DNA from: a virus
DNA: 64,000 nucleotides
IMG/VR virus record: IMGVR_UViG_3300017963_000230
Location: 1-64,000 of that record
Reading direction: 5' to 3' (one strand)
Position 1 is the first letter of the stretch. Each line of letters opens with the position of its first letter. Below are positions 59,445 to 64,000 of the stretch, piece after piece. The notes beneath the pieces are model-generated. The model worked only from the letters and a program-made list of their open reading frames with translations, did not search any database and was not told where the DNA came from. Both the position numbers and the translations under genes were made by a program.

Positions 59445-62400
59445 TTAACTCTGTGTAAACTCAAAATTGTCGAACCAACAATTATATCCTGATTTTAAAT
59501 AGTTATGATAATGTAAATTAACCTTAAAAGAGCTTCCAATTGCTGAAAGAATCGTACTAGATACCGACTGCTGTGATCCATACTGGGTATCGTCTACATA
59601 TAACTCAATCCATTCTTCATCAAAATTAAGGACAATTTCCACATTATGTCCATTTGTTTCATCGTATGTAAATGATTCATTAATAAGAGTGTTTCCACTA
59701 CCACCACTAACTTCTGTAACAGTTATTAATCCACTAGTATCTGACCTCATTGCCAATCTTATTTTATCTCCAGCAGAACCCATATCAAGTTCACATCTGT
59801 TATAATCCCAAGAACCAGTATAGTAAGTTGGACTCGCCTCGACTATTTCAAAACCTTGTATATAATTAATTAGACCATCATCGTATGGATTGTTTGTAGG
59901 TTTAAACCAAAATTTGAAAGACCATTGTCCCGAAGCATCCAAAGCATCTTTCAAAAGTGCATTACATCCATAATTTCCACCTGCTGTATTAAGATCTAAT
60001 TCTAATTGTCCACTTGTATATTGAGCATGATTATTACTATTAGAGTTATCGATCCATTTATCAGTAAAAGTACCGGAACAATCATCTTCAAAGTCAGGAA
60101 CAGGAGGGGGCTCGGTTGTAGTGGTAGTGCTGAAGGTGCTGGTTGTAGATGCTGTACTAGAACTGGTACTTGTGGTAGATGAGGTGCTGGTTGTAGATGC
60201 TGTAGACGATGTGGTACTTAAGGTGCTGGTTGTAGATGCTGTACTAGAACTGGTACTTGTGGTAGAGTAAGTGCTTGTGGTAGAGTAAGTGCTAGTACTG
60301 GTGCTTGTGCTCGTGCTTGTGCTGGTTGTTGAATAGGTACTAGTGCTTGTACTAGTTGTTGAATAGGTACTAGTGGTCGAGTATGTGCTGGTGCTTGTGC
60401 TAGTGGTTGAGTATGTGCTGGTGCTTGTGCTGGTGCTTGAATATGTGCTGGTACTTGTGCTAGTAGATGTACTGGTACTGGTGGTTGAATATGTACTGGT
60501 GCTGGTACTGGTGCTGGTACTTGTGCTTGTGGTTGAATAGGTGCTGGTACTTGTACTGGTACTTGTAGTAGAGTATGTACTGGTGCTGGTACTAGTTGTG
60601 CTGAAGGTGCTGGTGCTTGTGCTGGTTGTAGAGTATGTACTGGTGCTGGTGCTGGTGCTGGTTGTGCTGAAGGTGCTGGTACTTGTGCTTGTGGTTGAAT
60701 AGGTGCTGGTGCTGGTACTGGTAGTTGAGTATGTACTAGTTGTGCTAAAGGTCGAGGTGCTGGTACTGGTTGTGCTATATGTACTGGTAGATGTAGTTGT
60801 ATAGGTAGTTGTAGTGGTTGTAAGAGTACCACAAGTTAATAATTCTACCTCATGCAAATAAACATTAGTACTATCAAAAGCATCAGTAAATCTAAAACGC
60901 CAATACTTATGATGTAATGTATTATCTAATATATCATAAGTATTCCATCCTCCCTTAGGATTCTCTCCAGAATAATGAGTAGTTTCCTCCCCTGCAAAAT
61001 TACCTGTAGCCGAAGATAAGATTGACAATCCTGTAGGCCTATAAGAAGCGTTGTTAAAAAGTAATCTAACCCTATGCACAATCCAAGCTGATGTCATTTC
61101 AATCTGTATCCAATTTGGAAACAGATCTACTGTAGCCTGCCAATAAGTACTATCATTATCGTCAAAAGCATTATCTGGGTCACTACCAGCCTGCGTTGAA
61201 AAAGCCGAAGCAGTTCCTCCTGATGTATGATCACTACTCCAATTATCACAAGGTACAGTTTGAGTGGTGGTAGTAGCTGAAGATGTAGTAGTGGAGTATG
61301 TGCTGGTGCTGGTGCTGGTGCTGGTGCTAGAAGTAGAAGAAGATGTGGTTGTTATAAAAGTACTTGTGGTCGAGTAGGTTGATGTGCTGGTACTGGTGGT
61401 AGAGTATGTACTAGTCGTAGTGAATGTACTGGTGCTGGTACTGGTGGTAGAATAAGTGCTGGTTGTACTATAGGTAGAAGTGCTGGTGCTTGATGTAGAT
61501 GTACTGGTTGTGCTGAAGGTGCTGGTACTTGTACTGGTAAAGGAAGTAGTGCTCGAATGAGTACTAGAAGTGGTGCTCCCAGTAGTTCCTGTAGTGCTAG
61601 TAGTATAGGTGGTCTCTGTACTACTCGTGCTCATTGTAGTGCTGGTACTACTACTGGTTGTTGAAGTGGTACTAGAGAAAGTAGTAGATCCAGTAGTAGT
61701 GGTGAAACTACTTGTGGTGGATAATGTGCTGGTTGTGCTATAAGTAGATGTAGTGGTAGAGGTTGTTGTTTGACTTGCGGTGGTTCTTGTATCCCAAAGC
61801 AGTATATCAGTTACATTGAATGGTGTGTCGTCTCCAGCACTTAAGGTAAAGGTAAAGTAATCTATATCTCCTCTATTCACCCAATTAGGGTAAATCACAG
61901 TACCTGAAGCATAATTACCTTGCCAGCATTGACCATTAGTGGTCATTATTTCAAGATTTGGACTGCCTCCATGATCATGGATGATTTTAATCTTTTCAGG
62001 TCTGAAGTTAATCATCCAAGTACCAATAGCTCTTAGACGACCACCATTTGAATCTGCATTTACATTGAAATCCCAATCACCATTAACAGAATCCCATTCA
62101 ACTTCGATGTCAGTTTCAGGATCTATATGATCAGGTTCCCAACGAGTATAATTAAAATACTGTAGCCACTGACTACGCCAATCTACATAGAAGGTAGGCT
62201 TCTCCGAACCACTATTATAGTCATAACTGCTAAACATACGATGGGATCCGGTGTCAGAACTATTGTCGTCTATCACCAATATAATAGCATTGCCGCTCGC
62301 CCAACCACTCCTGTCTATCACTGTTTGAAGTATAGAAGCTAGGTTAGGAGTGCTATAGCCTGTACCGTCGCCCCAAGCAAGTAGATCGCTTTGGTTTATA

Positions 62401-62597
62401 CCAGAAGTTAAACTGAAGGCATCTAACTCTGTCTTATTAGCTGGTGCACTAGGATTATCAGCATTTACAAAATAATAGGTAACATTGGCATTTGAAGCAT
62501 TGGTAGCTCCATATGCTATAAATCGAGCGAAAGCCAAATTGATACTGCTTCCCTGAGGAATATTCACACCTGTAAATCTAATAAATGCTTTCGCCAT
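59445..62597 (-). CDS. Second mucin-like protein: N-domain, S/T tract, discoidin (F5/8 type C)-like domain, S/T tract, LamG-like C-domain
   Basis: Start moved to the TAATG-coupled ATG 62597 (track start 62615). NAFDDNDSTYWQAT...NWIQIEM...VHRVRL discoidin pattern. C-terminal QLELDL...WSFKFWFKP jelly-roll pattern. Confidence 0.75.
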   Translation of the reverse strand: MAKAFIRFTGVNIPQGSSINLAFARFIAYGATNASNANVTYYFVNADNPSAPANKTELDAFSLTSGINQSDLLAWGDGTGYSTPNLASILQTVIDRSGWASGNAIILVIDDNSSDTGSHRMFSSYDYNSGSEKPTFYVDWRSQWLQYFNYTRWEPDHIDPETDIEVEWDSVNGDWDFNVNADSNGGRLRAIGTWMINFRPEKIKIIHDHGGSPNLEIMTTNGQCWQGNYASGTVIYPNWVNRGDIDYFTFTLSAGDDTPFNVTDILLWDTRTTASQTTTSTTTSTYSTTSTLSTTSSFTTTTGSTTFSSTTSTTSSSTSTTMSTSSTETTYTTSTTGTTGSTTSSTHSSTTSFTSTSTSTFSTTSTSTSSTSTSTYSTTSTYSTTSTSTSTFTTTSTYSTTSTSTSTYSTTSTFITTTSSSTSSTSTSTSTSTYSTTTSSATTTTQTVPCDNWSSDHTSGGTASAFSTQAGSDPDNAFDDNDSTYWQATVDLFPNWIQIEMTSAWIVHRVRLLFNNASYRPTGLSILSSATGNFAGEETTHYSGENPKGGWNTYDILDNTLHHKYWRFRFTDAFDSTNVYLHEVELLTCGTLTTTTTTYTTTSTSTYSTTSTSTSTFSTTSTYSTTSTSTSTYSTTSTSTSTFSTTSTSTSTSTYSTTSTSTSTFSTTSTSTSTYSTTSTSTSTSTYSTTSTSTSTSTSTSTYSTTSTSTSTSTSTSTYSSTSTSTSTYSTTSTSTSTYSTTSTYSTTSTSTSTYSTTSTSTSTSTSTSTYSTTSTYSTTSTSSSTASTTSTLSTTSSTASTTSTSSTTSTSSSTASTTSTFSTTTTTEPPPVPDFEDDCSGTFTDKWIDNSNSNNHAQYTSGQLELDLNTAGGNYGCNALLKDALDASGQWSFKFWFKPTNNPYDDGLINYIQGFEIVEASPTYYTGSWDYNRCELDMGSAGDKIRLAMRSDTSGLITVTEVSGGSGNTLINESFTYDETNGHNVEIVLNFDEEWIELYVDDTQYGSQQSVSSTILSAIGSSFKVNLHYHNYLKSGYNCWFDNFEFTQS
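60111..60822. repeat. Ser/Thr-coding repeat tract B
   Basis: TSTSTYSTTSTSTSTFSTT-type repeats, the same dialect as in 41612-45595. Confidence 0.85.
61262..61785. repeat. Ser/Thr-coding tract A (less regular)
   Basis: TTSTTTSTYSTTSTLSTTSSFTTTTGSTTFSS.... Confidence 0.8.
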
Positions 62598-63991
62598 TAC
62601 AAATACTCTCTCCACTCAATTGCAGTGGTTCCATATTTTAATTTATATGTATTAGGAGTTACATCTTCGTTTTCCCATACCCACGCTAAATGATTATTAA
62701 GATCACTATCTACAGCATTACACTCAGCAGATTCGTCCTCTTCGTATCCCCCTTCTATATTTATATTTGCTCCATACCCTCTCCAAAGTGTCACGTAACA
62801 GGTGCTATAACTGCACCAACGTCCTACAAAACTAGGCACATTGTTTTCTGCATTTATAGGTAGCATTTCCATATCTAATGCTGTATACCAATTATCTCTA
62901 CAATCCCCAGCCTCATCCCATTTCTTACCAGCATCTTCATATATCCTTCGAACCCAAGTTCCTTCTTCATCCTTATACCACCTTATGATTCTAGAATTAA
63001 ACCTATGTATTCCACCACAGGCAGCTTCTTGATGATACTCATTACCAGCCCACATTATATGAACTTCATCTCCTATACCTAATCCTATATTGAAAGTACC
63101 AAAGATTTTTATATCTTCATTTTCTGGATGATGAAGCCAAGACTCTGTTACCCAAGAACCAGATGCATTAGTCCTATAATAAATACTGGTAAGATTGTTA
63201 GATCCATATACACAATGGATATAACCATTACTGTCTATCACAAAATCATAATCCACATTACTAGAAAATTGACCACCATAAGACCAATTACCAGTGTTAG
63301 GGTTCCTCGAAAACCATCTTACAGGATATACACCTGTATAGTCAGTAAACATCACATGTTCTGTATCATCTTCCTCTATAAAATATTCAAAATCCAATAC
63401 TAAATAAGAACTTAGATCTGATACTGGAGTTTCTAATGACCAAGATCCTCCACTTTTCTTTGCCCTGCAAAAATCAGCATTATAGATTCCACTTTCTCTA
63501 TTCTCAGACCAGTAAACAATAGGGTCGTCATTACTATCTATCACTATACCCATGTCTCGATTAATCTGCCTATAAGTACCGTCATAAGGAATCTGACGGA
63601 TCAATTCCATTGGTGACCACGATCCTCCTATTCTATTGATATAATATAATTCATAACTTCCAAGTACTCCTACAAGAGGATTTAACTTTCCAAAGAATAA
63701 ATGAGGAACATCATTAGAATCCAAAGCAATATCTACATACCTCAAACGATTCTCACCAGAATCAAATATCTCCTCAACCTTAACAATAGTAGTGGTAAAA
63801 TAATAACCATCATATATTTCACTTGGAAGCCAATGATCTTTGTAAGCACGAGCCCTTATATGATAATTATACTCAGAAGTGATCAAAGGAAGAGCAGAAG
63901 AATAAAGATAAGAATTTTCATCTGGATCACTTCCATCTAAAGTATAATAGATAGAACATCCAGAAGGGTAAGCTACTAACTCTACATCCAC
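62597..63991 (-). CDS. BNR/Asp-box-like beta-propeller protein with an N-terminal YYTLDGSDP-type domain; 5' end probably beyond the window
   Basis: GCSIYYTLDGSDP (chitobiase/hexosaminidase C-terminal-like). Repeated GGSWS, SGGSWS, TGNWS, SGSWV, EGTWV and IDSN(D/G) strands. The frame is still open at 64000. Confidence 0.55.
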   Translation of the reverse strand: MDVELVAYPSGCSIYYTLDGSDPDENSYLYSSALPLITSEYNYHIRARAYKDHWLPSEIYDGYYFTTTIVKVEEIFDSGENRLRYVDIALDSNDVPHLFFGKLNPLVGVLGSYELYYINRIGGSWSPMELIRQIPYDGTYRQINRDMGIVIDSNDDPIVYWSENRESGIYNADFCRAKKSGGSWSLETPVSDLSSYLVLDFEYFIEEDDTEHVMFTDYTGVYPVRWFSRNPNTGNWSYGGQFSSNVDYDFVIDSNGYIHCVYGSNNLTSIYYRTNASGSWVTESWLHHPENEDIKIFGTFNIGLGIGDEVHIMWAGNEYHQEAACGGIHRFNSRIIRWYKDEEGTWVRRIYEDAGKKWDEAGDCRDNWYTALDMEMLPINAENNVPSFVGRWCSYSTCYVTLWRGYGANINIEGGYEEDESAECNAVDSDLNNHLAWVWENEDVTPNTYKLKYGTTAIEWREYL

Positions 63992-64000
63992 ATCCTCACT

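Noticed and set aside
1-64000. tRNA, tmRNA or rRNA genes, integrase, transposase, or reverse transcriptase (DGR) associated with the lectin-fold genes
   Set aside because: I saw no T-loop-like GGTTCGAATCC-type sequences or cloverleaf candidates in the intergenic regions, and no ORF with integrase, transposase or RT motifs. This was a scan by eye only, so tRNAscan-SE or Infernal should confirm it.
1-64000. Stop-codon reassignment or an alternative genetic code
   Set aside because: Long uninterrupted ORFs with recognisable motifs (881, 1029 and 1651 aa) read correctly in the standard code.

Overview
The window reads as the left ~64 kb of a large, AT-rich, gene-dense tailed dsDNA phage genome. 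It uses strong Shine-Dalgarno sites and the standard genetic code. Layout: (i) 1-2.5 kb is a repeat- and palindrome-laden non-coding end with one small DNA-binding-like ORF and a C-rich island. (ii) 2.5-11 kb holds small early ORFs driven by a recurring AAAATATCTTGCA-N17-TAnAnT promoter. (iii) 11-40 kb is a plus-strand replication and recombination module: SF2 helicase, primase, DnaB-like helicase, sliding clamp, UDG-fused family A polymerase, DEDD exonuclease, clamp loader, gp32-like SSB, RecA-like recombinase, FEN, RuvC-like resolvase, and a split Rad50 around Mre11. Embedded in it is a 7-deazaguanine DNA-modification cluster (QueD, QueE, FolE, DpdA-like transglycosylase, a class-B-like radical SAM enzyme and a GT-B enzyme, with no QueC seen). 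(iv) 40-64 kb is a minus-strand block with two giant mucin-like Ser/Thr-repeat proteins, LamG/discoidin/FN3/BNR-type domains, and an 11-gene island of glycosyltransferases, methyltransferases and sulfotransferases. The top candidate for a new system is this phage-encoded mucin-type glycoprotein and glycan-tailoring module. The second candidate is the QueC-less deazaguanine cluster with extra radical SAM and GT-B enzymes. No rRNA, tRNA, CRISPR array, integrase or transposase was recognised. All functional calls are motif-level readings by eye, not database hits.
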